UHGV virus genome: UHGV-1357962
Reading direction: 5' to 3' (one strand)
Source: a virus
DNA: 41,089 bases
Shown in pieces: positions 9,165 to 17,010 of this stretch. The first letter of the stretch is position 1; every line of letters starts with the position of its first letter. Both the position numbers and the translations under genes were made by a program. Under the pieces are notes generated by a model. It was not told where the DNA came from. It saw only the letters and a program-made list of their open reading frames with translations, and searched no databases.

Positions 9165-9214
9165 GGCTGTGATATTATTACCAGGCAAGTACTTGCCAAA
9201 ACGAGGATTTAAAC

Positions 9215-10687
9215 ATGCCTACTCCGATTCGCCGCCGTTTCGCGGTCGATACGCTACTGAACGATAAAGTAGCCACTGTCGATGTGCTGAACCGCGCAGG
9301 CTTTATCACAACCAACGATTTATTCAGCGGTGAGCGTTATCGCATCCTCACCCCTGACTCCTATGCTGACGAGGTTGATGCGGTGTCGCATCCTGTTGAG
9401 TTCAAGTGGCTGCAAACCCACTTCTCGCAGGAAGGCGGCGCACCTGCTGACGTTGCAGTTATTTACTGGAACAAGACCGCCTCAAACACTCCGGCCACTG
9501 CTGGCAAACTCACCGGCGGCGTGCTTTCTTCTGAAGAACAGGAGCTGGCAAAATTCACCGGCATTAGTGATGGTGCTATGAGCCTGACCATCGACGGCTC
9601 ACCAAAGGCCATTAGTGGCGTAAACCTTTCCAGTGTCGATTCTATGGATGCGGTTGCTACCGCGCTTAACAGTAAGACCACGCCTGTGGCAACAGTTACA
9701 TGGGCGGCAGGAACTGCGCAGTTTATCGTAACCTCCGCGACAACCGGCAGCGCTTCAAGCGTCACCATCACCGGCGGTGATACCGCTCTGTCAAAGGCGA
9801 TGAAACTGGCGACATCTGCTGGCTCTGCGTCAACTCCCGGAACCGCTCAAACCACTGGTGAGTCATTCCCTGATGTCATGAATGATTTCTACGCCCGAGG
9901 CGGCAATGCTTATTTCTATGCTTACGCTGGCGTGGATGCTGGTGCTATTGCGGACCAGAAAACAATCGCGGAATGGGTTCAGTCGAGCGCAGAGAACAAG
10001 GCGCAGGCCATGTTCATGACTACCGACCCGAATGCTGTCCTTAACACTGCAACGAGTGACATCGGCTATCAGTTGCGCAATACCAGCATGGAGCGGTCGT
10101 CAGTAATCTATCACCCTACTGGCGTGGTTAATGGTGTGGATATGACAGGTCAGCGTCCTGATGCTGCGATTCTCGGGCGAATGCTCTGGACTGACCCTGG
10201 TGCGCAGCAGTGGGATTACAAAACCCTGACCACCGCCAGCGACTCAGGTCTAAGCCCAACAGAGCAGGGCAACCTTCGAGCTAAGGGTTACAATTTCGTG
10301 GAAACATTCACGAACACAACGTTTACGCACCTGTTCAAGGGTCGCACCTGTACCGACCGTGAGATTCGCATTCAGTGGGGTGCAGACTGGTTTGATAACA
10401 ATCTACAAGCAAGCCTGGCGAATTACGCATTCCGCACGCCGCTGATGGCATTCGATGAAGAAACATTCACGGATGTTGAAGCGCTGATTCGTGAGTGGTT
10501 GGAACGAGCGGTAGACCGCCGTGTTATCCTGGAAGATTACACCGTGTCACTTCCAGACCCTGACAGCATTCCTGCATCTGTGCGTAAATCCGGGCAGGCA
10601 ACATTCAACGACGTATATCAGGCAACGCTAAATTCAGCTATCGACGGCTGGGTTGTTCGCGGAACCTGGTCAATTGGGGGTATCTAA
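9215..10687 (+). CDS. Tail sheath-like protein (490 aa; DUF3383-type).
   Basis: A 490-aa protein directly upstream of a ~137-aa tube-like protein, a G/GT chaperone and the tape measure protein, which is the contractile-tail gene order. Confidence 0.55.
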   Translation: MPTPIRRRFAVDTLLNDKVATVDVLNRAGFITTNDLFSGERYRILTPDSYADEVDAVSHPVEFKWLQTHFSQEGGAPADVAVIYWNKTASNTPATAGKLTGGVLSSEEQELAKFTGISDGAMSLTIDGSPKAISGVNLSSVDSMDAVATALNSKTTPVATVTWAAGTAQFIVTSATTGSASSVTITGGDTALSKAMKLATSAGSASTPGTAQTTGESFPDVMNDFYARGGNAYFYAYAGVDAGAIADQKTIAEWVQSSAENKAQAMFMTTDPNAVLNTATSDIGYQLRNTSMERSSVIYHPTGVVNGVDMTGQRPDAAILGRMLWTDPGAQQWDYKTLTTASDSGLSPTEQGNLRAKGYNFVETFTNTTFTHLFKGRTCTDREIRIQWGADWFDNNLQASLANYAFRTPLMAFDEETFTDVEALIREWLERAVDRRVILEDYTVSLPDPDSIPASVRKSGQATFNDVYQATLNSAIDGWVVRGTWSIGGI

Positions 10688-10689
10688 TC

Positions 10690-11103
10690 GTGCCAATTTA
10701 CAATCCCGATAAAGTAACGCTCTCATGGGGCGGTGTCGCGGCGCGAGCGGTGGCGAATGGTGAAATGTTTAATTTCACATTTAACAATGACATCTGGAAT
10801 ACCTACCCTTCCATCAAAGGTGGTGGCGCTTTCGTCAAATCCCTTGATAAAACAGGTACTTGCGTGGTCTCCTTGCAGGATGTAAGCCCGACAAAGGCGG
10901 CATGGCAGGCTCTTTATGAGGCTGGCAAGCCACTGCCACTCCTTCTGCTTGACAGAAACAGCACTGGCGAGGTTGCTGGTGCGAAAGAGGCGATGCTGGC
11001 TCGTCCTCCGGCTCTGGTGAAGGCGCAGGAGTTAACCATCGTACAATTCACCTTCAAGTTTGTGGATGGTTATATCATCCATACAGGTCAGGCGCTGGAT
11101 TAA
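10690..11103 (+). CDS. Tail tube-like protein (137 aa; DUF3277-type), GTG start.
   Basis: Size, position after the sheath gene and a strong terminator right after it. Confidence 0.55.
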   Translation: MPIYNPDKVTLSWGGVAARAVANGEMFNFTFNNDIWNTYPSIKGGGAFVKSLDKTGTCVVSLQDVSPTKAAWQALYEAGKPLPLLLLDRNSTGEVAGAKEAMLARPPALVKAQELTIVQFTFKFVDGYIIHTGQALD

Positions 11104-11110
11104 ACAAATA

Positions 11111-11130
11111 GGGGCTTCGGCCCCTTTTTT
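11111..11130 (+). terminator. Rho-independent terminator (GGGGC-ttcg-GCCCC followed by T6).
   Basis: Perfect GC stem with a tetraloop and a T run. Confidence 0.8.
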
Positions 11131-11143
11131 ACGCCCCTAATGG

Positions 11144-11171
11144 TTGACACAATATAAATAGAGTGTATGCT
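11144..11171 (+). promoter_or_regulatory. Sigma70-like promoter of the moron cassette (GGTTGACAC -35, 16-nt spacer, TATGCT -10).
   Basis: Perfect TTGACA at 11144-11149. The predicted transcript 5' end falls on ATCAACCACAGAGAGG, which resembles the leaders at 12796 and 38029. Confidence 0.5.
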
Positions 11172-11201
11172 TACCACATCAACCACAGAGAGGAAATTGA
11201 A

Positions 11202-11645
11202 ATGGGTTATTCAATAACGATTGGAGAATTGAAAGTAAGAAAATATCCAGAAGATGGAATTGAATGTAGTTGCATATCCTTCTCCGCTGATGGGATCAGT
11301 CGTGATGATGCGCCAGCATTTGGGGAACCAACTGATTTTACAAACTCAAGATGGCCTTCATATTCTGCATGGTCAAACTTCCTTGATTACGCAGGGCTTT
11401 ACGATGCATTTTTCTGCAATGGAGGGTTGATTGGAGGGCACCCTGGTGTTCGACTGGTCACAAAGGAAATGCTTGAGTTAATTCAGCAATCAAAAGCAAA
11501 TATGGAATCTGCCAGCCCGCCACCGGTTGCCACAATGGATAATTATACCGAGAAAAACGGATACTACTGCCGAATTATTTGGCTTGAATACTGGTGCAAA
11601 TGGGCGCTGGAGAACTGTGAAACACCTGTAATTGCAAACTCATAA
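11202..11645 (+). CDS. Hypothetical moron protein (147 aa), AT-rich with atypical codon usage.
   Basis: GC content is markedly lower than the flanking tail genes. RBS AGAGGAAA. No domain recognised. Confidence 0.5.
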   Translation: MGYSITIGELKVRKYPEDGIECSCISFSADGISRDDAPAFGEPTDFTNSRWPSYSAWSNFLDYAGLYDAFFCNGGLIGGHPGVRLVTKEMLELIQQSKANMESASPPPVATMDNYTEKNGYYCRIIWLEYWCKWALENCETPVIANS

Positions 11646-11656
11646 GGAGAATAACA

Positions 11657-11956
11657 ATGAGCAACATCTACTGCCGCGCTTGCGGCGCACAAATCCACGA
11701 ATCAGCCACCGATTGCCCAAACTGCGGAGCGAAACAACAGGTTTACACCAAGAGCAAAGTTACCGCTGTGCTGCTTTGCTTTTTCTTCGGTTTTATTGGA
11801 ATCCACCGCTTCTATCTTGGGCGCCCGTTTTCCGGCGTGATGTACATTCTTTTTTGCTGGACTGGCATCACATTTTTCGTTGCGTTTATCGAGTTCATTA
11901 TCCTGCTGTGTACCAGTGAGCAGGAAATTAACCGTAAGTATGGGGTGAAGAAATGA
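11657..11956 (+). CDS. Zn-ribbon plus TM2-domain membrane protein (99 aa).
   Basis: An N-terminal CxxC...CxxC (YCRACGAQ...CPNCGA) is followed by a TM2-like motif (KSKVTAVLLCFFFGFIGIHRFYLG) and a second TM helix. AAGGAG RBS. Confidence 0.65.
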   Translation: MSNIYCRACGAQIHESATDCPNCGAKQQVYTKSKVTAVLLCFFFGFIGIHRFYLGRPFSGVMYILFCWTGITFFVAFIEFIILLCTSEQEINRKYGVKK

Positions 11957-12489
11957 AACTGAAAATCAGCAAAATCATGCTTGAGTCTACGCACATCTTC
12001 CGCGCAAAAGCGGACATTCGTTACTATCTTAACGGCGTGTGCTTCATGCCTGGCGGAAAGCTGGCGGCAACTGACGGTCATCGTTTATTCATTGGACAGC
12101 ACGACAACGAGCTAACCGAAAACGCAATTCTCAGCATCGAAAAGGCTCCGCACAAGCGATACGCATACGCTGTTTGCGATACCGATAGCGGGCTTGTTGA
12201 GTTCTTCAATGATTCTGACGCCCGCGTCGGCGTGGCGCTATGCCAGTTAATTGATGGTAGGTATCCTGATGTTGAGCGCATCATGCCTAATGAAACGAAT
12301 GCCGTTGACAGAATCAGATTCAATGCCGGTTATCTGGCTGATGTCGAGAAGTGTGCGAAGCTGTTCAATTCTAAGTGGCCTAACGTCACATTTGAACTGC
12401 AAGGGAATGATAAGGCAGCAGTCGCCACGGTTAAATCACCAACTGGCGAGAGCGCGAAGATTATCGTTATGCCGATGAGGATTGACTGA
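11953..12489 (+). CDS. Truncated beta-sliding-clamp (DnaN domain II/III-like) homolog, 178 aa.
   Basis: ATDGHRL (cf. E. coli DnaN ATDGHRLAV) and a C-terminal ...IIVMPMRID (cf. DnaN C-terminus ...YVVMPMRL). It has no domain I equivalent. ATGA-coupled to the upstream gene. Confidence 0.5.
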   Translation: MKLKISKIMLESTHIFRAKADIRYYLNGVCFMPGGKLAATDGHRLFIGQHDNELTENAILSIEKAPHKRYAYAVCDTDSGLVEFFNDSDARVGVALCQLIDGRYPDVERIMPNETNAVDRIRFNAGYLADVEKCAKLFNSKWPNVTFELQGNDKAAVATVKSPTGESAKIIVMPMRID

Positions 12490-12749
12490 TGATCGAGTGG
12501 ATTAAATGCAGTGATCGGTTGCCGGAATGCGCTTATGGTTACTTTCTGGTTTGCAGGGTTTACCATGCGCAAGGAAGCGCTCCGCACGTCATGCCATCTT
12601 TTTACATAAAGGACAGGGAGCAAGCAAGAGAGCAGCTTCCATATTTCTCAAGAAAAACGCAGGGAAAGTATTCTGTTCATTTCCAAGCCGCAGAGCCTGG
12701 ATTTATAATTACCCACTGGATGCCGCTACCAGAGCCACCAACAGAATAA
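12489..12749 (+). CDS. DUF551-family phage protein (86 aa).
   Basis: IKCSDRLPE...WMPLPEPP signature. ATGA overlap with the upstream gene. A terminator follows. Confidence 0.6.
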   Translation: MIEWIKCSDRLPECAYGYFLVCRVYHAQGSAPHVMPSFYIKDREQAREQLPYFSRKTQGKYSVHFQAAEPGFIITHWMPLPEPPTE

Positions 12750-12769
12750 GCCCCTCACGGGGCTTTTTT
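12749..12769 (+). terminator. Rho-independent terminator (AGCCCC-tcac-GGGGCT followed by a T run).
   Basis: Perfect 6-bp stem plus TTTTTT. Confidence 0.75.
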
Positions 12770-12785
12770 CATTCCCCTCCCTCCG

Positions 12786-12808
12786 TGTTATAATTATGTC
12801 AACCAAAC
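12786..12808 (+). promoter_or_regulatory. Extended -10 promoter (TGtTATAAT) fused to the conserved ATGTCAACC element. Candidate promoter of the tail chaperone/TMP operon.
   Basis: TG at 12786-87 and TATAAT at 12789-94, then ATGTCAACCAAAC at 12796-12808, the GGAG RBS and the ATG at 12822. Confidence 0.45.
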
Positions 12809-12821
12809 ATGGAGACCAATC

Positions 12822-13166
12822 ATGCAACTCAAAGACATCAAAGCAGGCGAACACACTTTCAGCGTAGTCATGCCAACCACCCGCGAAGGCTTCCGCATTC
12901 AGGCCAAGCTGATGAACATCGCGGCGCTGACCTACCAGGGCAAGCTGCAAGGTGATGAGCAATACGACCTGCTGAAATCCATGCTGAATGGCGCAGAAGT
13001 CGATAACCAGCCGCTTGACTTCGATAAATTCTTCGAAGGCCAGATTGACCTCGCTGATACCGTTTTCTTTGCTTACGTCAAGGAGATGTACCCGAGTTTT
13101 TTGGGGAAGGCGACCGCTATGTTTCAACGCAAGATGGCGGAGAACTCCGGGTCGGCGGAAAGCTGA
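12822..13166 (+). CDS. Tail assembly chaperone (G-like), 114 aa.
   Basis: Position immediately upstream of the tape measure gene. A slippery heptamer and an open -1 frame lie downstream (see the next two features). Confidence 0.6.
   Translation: MQLKDIKAGEHTFSVVMPTTREGFRIQAKLMNIAALTYQGKLQGDEQYDLLKSMLNGAEVDNQPLDFDKFFEGQIDLADTVFFAYVKEMYPSFLGKATAMFQRKMAENSGSAES
13097..13103 (+). other. Candidate -1 programmed ribosomal frameshift site, T TTT TTG (X XXY YYZ) in the chaperone gene.
   Basis: The heptamer is in the zero frame of the G-like gene. The -1 frame is open from 13103 to 13363 (86 codons) with no start codon of its own and ends at the TMP start (ctgATGgca). Confidence 0.5.
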
Positions 13167-13363
13167 TTTACACGCGTGACATTCAGCCGTCATACTCTGA
13201 TGAGATGGCGGCGGTCATGCGCGTAGCAAAAGCATATTACTCCAGCCCGGATGACGTGCTGAACAAATGGTCGTACCATATGTTTCTGGACTGCTGCGAA
13301 TCGCTTCACGTCGAGGCTGAGATTAATCGCAGAATCAACGAATCACTTTATGAGGCCGACTGA
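13103..13363 (+). CDS. T-extension of the G/GT tail chaperone, expressed by -1 frameshifting as a 12822..13103 + 13103..13363 fusion.
   Basis: The -1 frame is open and lacks any start codon. This is the canonical G/GT arrangement upstream of a TMP gene. Confidence 0.5.
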   Translation, partial: GEGDRYVSTQDGGELRVGGKLIYTRDIQPSYSDEMAAVMRVAKAYYSSPDDVLNKWSYHMFLDCCESLHVEAEINRRINESLYEAD

Positions 13364-14985
13364 TGGCATTTGTTACTGAGCTTTTGGGTTACATCGGCCT
13401 CGATGTTGATGATGCCTCATTTAATGAAGCTGAGCAGTCCGTTAAGGACGTTACTAAGGTCATGGCTGGCCTTATCACCGTTGCGGCGTCGGCTGCCACG
13501 GCGGTCACTGGTGCGGCTTATGCGATGGTTAACGACTTCGCCAATACCGCAACAGAGATTGACCAGTTAACCAAGCGCCTGAATGTCAATGCTGAGGCGT
13601 TCCAGGCCACAGCCTTCGCCGCAAAATCTTTTGGTATTGAACAGGACCAGCTTGCGGATGGCATGAAAGAACTGTCGATGCGAGCTGGCGAGTTTGCGCT
13701 GGACGGTAAGGCTAATGCAGATGCGTTTGGCGAAATCGGCATCACGCAGGCCCAGGTTAAACAGTACGGCAACAATATCGAAGGGCTTTTCAGGCTTGTC
13801 AGGAATAAGCTGAGCGAGGTTAAAGAGCAGGGTAAGCGGCAATTCCTTGCTGATGCCCTTTTTGGCGGCGGTCTCGCAGATGTTGGCGGTGAATTTTTCT
13901 CGCAGACATCCGAAAAAATCGCGGAACTTCAGAAGCAGGCGCGAGAGTCCGGGCTGGTAATTAGCCAGGAGAATCTCGACATGGCGCGGGAATATACCCG
14001 CGAGATGGATTTATTACAGTCTCGCATCAAGGGACTGTGGAATATCGTAGCCTCCAACCTGCTGCCGATATTTACGCGCATAACACGCCAGATGAAGGAG
14101 TTTTTCGACCTTCACGGCGATGAGATAGTTAACGGCCTTACCGCTGCTATTAATGGGCTCATTTCCTCCATCAAATACCTGGGAATAGCCGCAGCTATTG
14201 CCATGCCTTACCTGATTGGCTCCGCCGCGATTGCGTCATGGGCCAAACTGATCGCGCTAACTAAGACCCTTACTGGTGCATTCCTGACCATGCGCACTGG
14301 CGCTCTGCTGGCATGGGCTGCTTCGGCTGCTGGCCCGGTACTGGTAGGTCTTGCAATTGGCGCGCTCATTCTTGCCATTCAGGATGTATATACCTATTTC
14401 ACCGGCGGCGACTCGGTTACAGGGCGCATCATTGAAAGTTTCAAAGGAATGGACACCAGCATCAGGGGCATATGGGATGGGATTGTTGATTACATCATCG
14501 GTGCGCTGGGAAGGATAGACAAAGCCATTTACAACTCCATGCCTGAATGGATGCAGGAAGCCATGTCGTTCTTGTCTGGCGGGTCGTACAATCCAAACAG
14601 GAATTATAGGACACAAAGCAACCTACAGCCTGACATTCCAGGTCATGAGCGCATTCCGGGTTACGCGGAAGTAGTAAAAGGCGAAAACAGGCAGGCAGAC
14701 ATACCTGGCCATGAGAGCATTCCATTTAATGGCATTACCGAGCCGCAGGTTCTCGTTCCTCCACGCATAACCGTAACCGCTCCGCCTACAATGGCGCAGG
14801 GAATGGCTCAGGCTAATGCGGGGCGAGGCAATGTCATTACCACCAACAGTGGGAACACAACAGTCGGCGAGATTATTGTTAATGGCGCTGAAAATCCGGT
14901 GGCAACCGCGCAGGCTATACGGCAGGAGCTACGAAGAGACAATGCCTCAAGAACGAAGGGAACTGATACAGGGGTTAAATACTGA
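13363..14985 (+). CDS. Tape measure protein (540 aa).
   Basis: Helical N-terminal half, hydrophobic Gly/Ala-rich central segments (LIGSAAIASWAKLIALT...AWAASAAGPVLVGLAIGALILAI) and its position after the G/GT chaperone. Confidence 0.8.
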   Translation: MAFVTELLGYIGLDVDDASFNEAEQSVKDVTKVMAGLITVAASAATAVTGAAYAMVNDFANTATEIDQLTKRLNVNAEAFQATAFAAKSFGIEQDQLADGMKELSMRAGEFALDGKANADAFGEIGITQAQVKQYGNNIEGLFRLVRNKLSEVKEQGKRQFLADALFGGGLADVGGEFFSQTSEKIAELQKQARESGLVISQENLDMAREYTREMDLLQSRIKGLWNIVASNLLPIFTRITRQMKEFFDLHGDEIVNGLTAAINGLISSIKYLGIAAAIAMPYLIGSAAIASWAKLIALTKTLTGAFLTMRTGALLAWAASAAGPVLVGLAIGALILAIQDVYTYFTGGDSVTGRIIESFKGMDTSIRGIWDGIVDYIIGALGRIDKAIYNSMPEWMQEAMSFLSGGSYNPNRNYRTQSNLQPDIPGHERIPGYAEVVKGENRQADIPGHESIPFNGITEPQVLVPPRITVTAPPTMAQGMAQANAGRGNVITTNSGNTTVGEIIVNGAENPVATAQAIRQELRRDNASRTKGTDTGVKY

Positions 14986-15674
14986 TGCTGATTTTCGAAC
15001 CAGGAAAGCTGCGCAAGCTGTTTGGCAGCGACTACAACCAGATTTCAGTCATCCCGATTGATGTGACTCAGGTTGAAACGCATACGTTTAACCACACCAT
15101 CACCCGCAAGCCAGTGCAGGACGGGGCGACAATCTCAGATAATATCCTGATTGAGCCTGACAGCGTGACCATTCAGGGTATTTTCACTGACCAGTCGCTA
15201 CTGAATAAGGGCGTAGAACTTTTGCAGTCAGCGCTGGATGACGGTTTCACCCCGTCCACCATGAGCACATGGGAAGACAAACTCGCCAAGCTGCATGAGA
15301 TTCGCAAGATGCGAGAGCCGTTTACGCTGGTGACATCGCTCGGAACTTATAAGAATATGTTCTTCGACGGGCCTATCACCGTTAATCGTGACCTGACGAC
15401 CAGTGATGCGCTTTTCTTCACTGCAACGCTGACTGGCATTAACATCATCTCAGCGCGAACCACACAGGTTCCTGCAAGCGCAATGAGCGACAACAAAAAC
15501 GGAGGGTCGAAGAGGATGGCTCCGAAAAAGGATGTTGGCAAGAAATCGAATACCGCAGGCCAGATTAACGCCGCAGGCAAGAAGGTTGGAGCAGCTACGC
15601 CAGAGAAGTCGAAATCATGGTTGCTGCAATCTGGAGAATGGGGTGCCAAAAAAATTAACGGGTGGCTTAACTGA
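14985..15674 (+). CDS. Tail protein downstream of the TMP (229 aa), function unassigned.
   Basis: ATGA-coupled to the TMP gene. A basic Lys-rich C-terminal tail. Confidence 0.4.
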   Translation: MLIFEPGKLRKLFGSDYNQISVIPIDVTQVETHTFNHTITRKPVQDGATISDNILIEPDSVTIQGIFTDQSLLNKGVELLQSALDDGFTPSTMSTWEDKLAKLHEIRKMREPFTLVTSLGTYKNMFFDGPITVNRDLTTSDALFFTATLTGINIISARTTQVPASAMSDNKNGGSKRMAPKKDVGKKSNTAGQINAAGKKVGAATPEKSKSWLLQSGEWGAKKINGWLN

Positions 15675-16063
15675 TGGACAATATCCTTATCCCAATTGAG
15701 CAGTACCCAGACCAGACCATGCGTATGGACCTGGACGGAAAGCCAACAACCATTCGCCTGTATTGGTCTGATTTCGATGAAAGCCTTTCATCTCTCGCCG
15801 CTGATGATGGATGGGTCCCGGAAGGCTGCTGGAATATGGACATCTCAAACGATGAGTTTGAGGCTTATGGCATCGTCATTACTGGCGGCTGCGACATTCT
15901 TGAGCCTCACGCTCAGGCATCGCTTGGTGGCATGTTTCTCGTCCCGGTAACGCCAGGGCAAAAAGAGTTAACGTTTGAGTCGTTCGGCGTTGACCATCTG
16001 CTGCTGTACGTGCCAAAAGTCAACTATGCTGAATTTGTTCATGATATTGGGTACGCGCGATGA
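15674..16063 (+). CDS. Tail/baseplate assembly protein (129 aa).
   Basis: ATGA-coupled. Position in the baseplate block. Confidence 0.35.
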   Translation: MDNILIPIEQYPDQTMRMDLDGKPTTIRLYWSDFDESLSSLAADDGWVPEGCWNMDISNDEFEAYGIVITGGCDILEPHAQASLGGMFLVPVTPGQKELTFESFGVDHLLLYVPKVNYAEFVHDIGYAR

Positions 16064-17010
16064 GGTATTTCAAGGGCGAGGCATATCTCGAAGTTATCTA
16101 CGAAAACGAGGCTATCGTTTACGACCAGAAGAATGACGCCGGACGCATGTTGCAGGTGGATTTCGATATCAAGATGAGCCGCAGCAAGACGCCAAATCAG
16201 GGCGTCATTGCGATTTATAACCTGGCGGAAACAGACCGCAGGCGTATCGAGCGTGATGCTAAATCCGTTCGGCTTTACGCTGGTTACGATGGTGACAACA
16301 AGCTCATATTCGTGGGTGATGTCGTATTCGTTTCGACGGTGAAAGAGGATGTTGACTGGAAGACCGAGATTAAAGCCGGGGATGGATTCCGATCATTCAG
16401 CCAGTCAATTACCAGCAGGAATTACGCAGCAGGAACGCCAATCAGGACTATCGTTGAGCAGACGGCGCGTGATATGGGCATCGCTCTGAAAGAGTCAGCT
16501 AACATCCTCAAGGGCTTGCTTGATGGATCAATTACCCTGCATGGCAAGAGTCAGCTCGCACTTGACCAGGTTGTGCGCAACGCCGGTGGGGAGTGGTCTA
16601 TTCAGGACAATGAATTACAGGTTACACCAATAACCAGGCCGATTGATGGCGAGGCTATCGTACTGGATTCATCATCCGGCTTGCTTGAAGCGCCTTCGGT
16701 ATCGGAGAAAGGTGTAAATATACGCTGTCAGCTTCACCCCGATTTGAGGCCTGGCAAGGTTGTTAAACTTGAATCTTCTTCGTGGACCGTTGATTCCGGC
16801 GGCACTGGCGTGATGGATGGCACACAGGTAAAGAAAGACAAAAAGAGCGGAAAGACTCAGCAGGTGCAAAAGGAAAAGACCTACCCGGTTGAGCGCGGCA
16901 AAGATTATAATGGTTTTTATATCTGCCAGTCAGTTCAATTCGTTGGCAATAACGCTGGCGGCCCATTTGAATGCAGGCTTGAAACGATAGAGTTACCAAA
17001 TGCAACTTGA
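16060..17010 (+). CDS. Baseplate hub/assembly protein (316 aa).
   Basis: Size and position preceding the V-like spike gene. Confidence 0.45.
   Translation: MRYFKGEAYLEVIYENEAIVYDQKNDAGRMLQVDFDIKMSRSKTPNQGVIAIYNLAETDRRRIERDAKSVRLYAGYDGDNKLIFVGDVVFVSTVKEDVDWKTEIKAGDGFRSFSQSITSRNYAAGTPIRTIVEQTARDMGIALKESANILKGLLDGSITLHGKSQLALDQVVRNAGGEWSIQDNELQVTPITRPIDGEAIVLDSSSGLLEAPSVSEKGVNIRCQLHPDLRPGKVVKLESSSWTVDSGGTGVMDGTQVKKDKKSGKTQQVQKEKTYPVERGKDYNGFYICQSVQFVGNNAGGPFECRLETIELPNAT

Noticed and set aside
12796-12808. Interpretation of the conserved GTCAACCAC(A) element as DnaA boxes (TTATCCACA-like).
   Set aside because: Only 6-7 of 9 positions match. The invariant part of the element (ATGTCAACC) lies outside the DnaA-box core. 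Positions correlate with promoters rather than forming an origin-like cluster.
12726-13193. 155-aa - strand ORF opposite the tail chaperone gene. Other antisense ORFs are similar, e.g. 688..1185, 7827..8243, 20565..20807 and 34721..35131.
   Set aside because: All overlap better-supported genes on the other strand. They lack RBSs and operon context.
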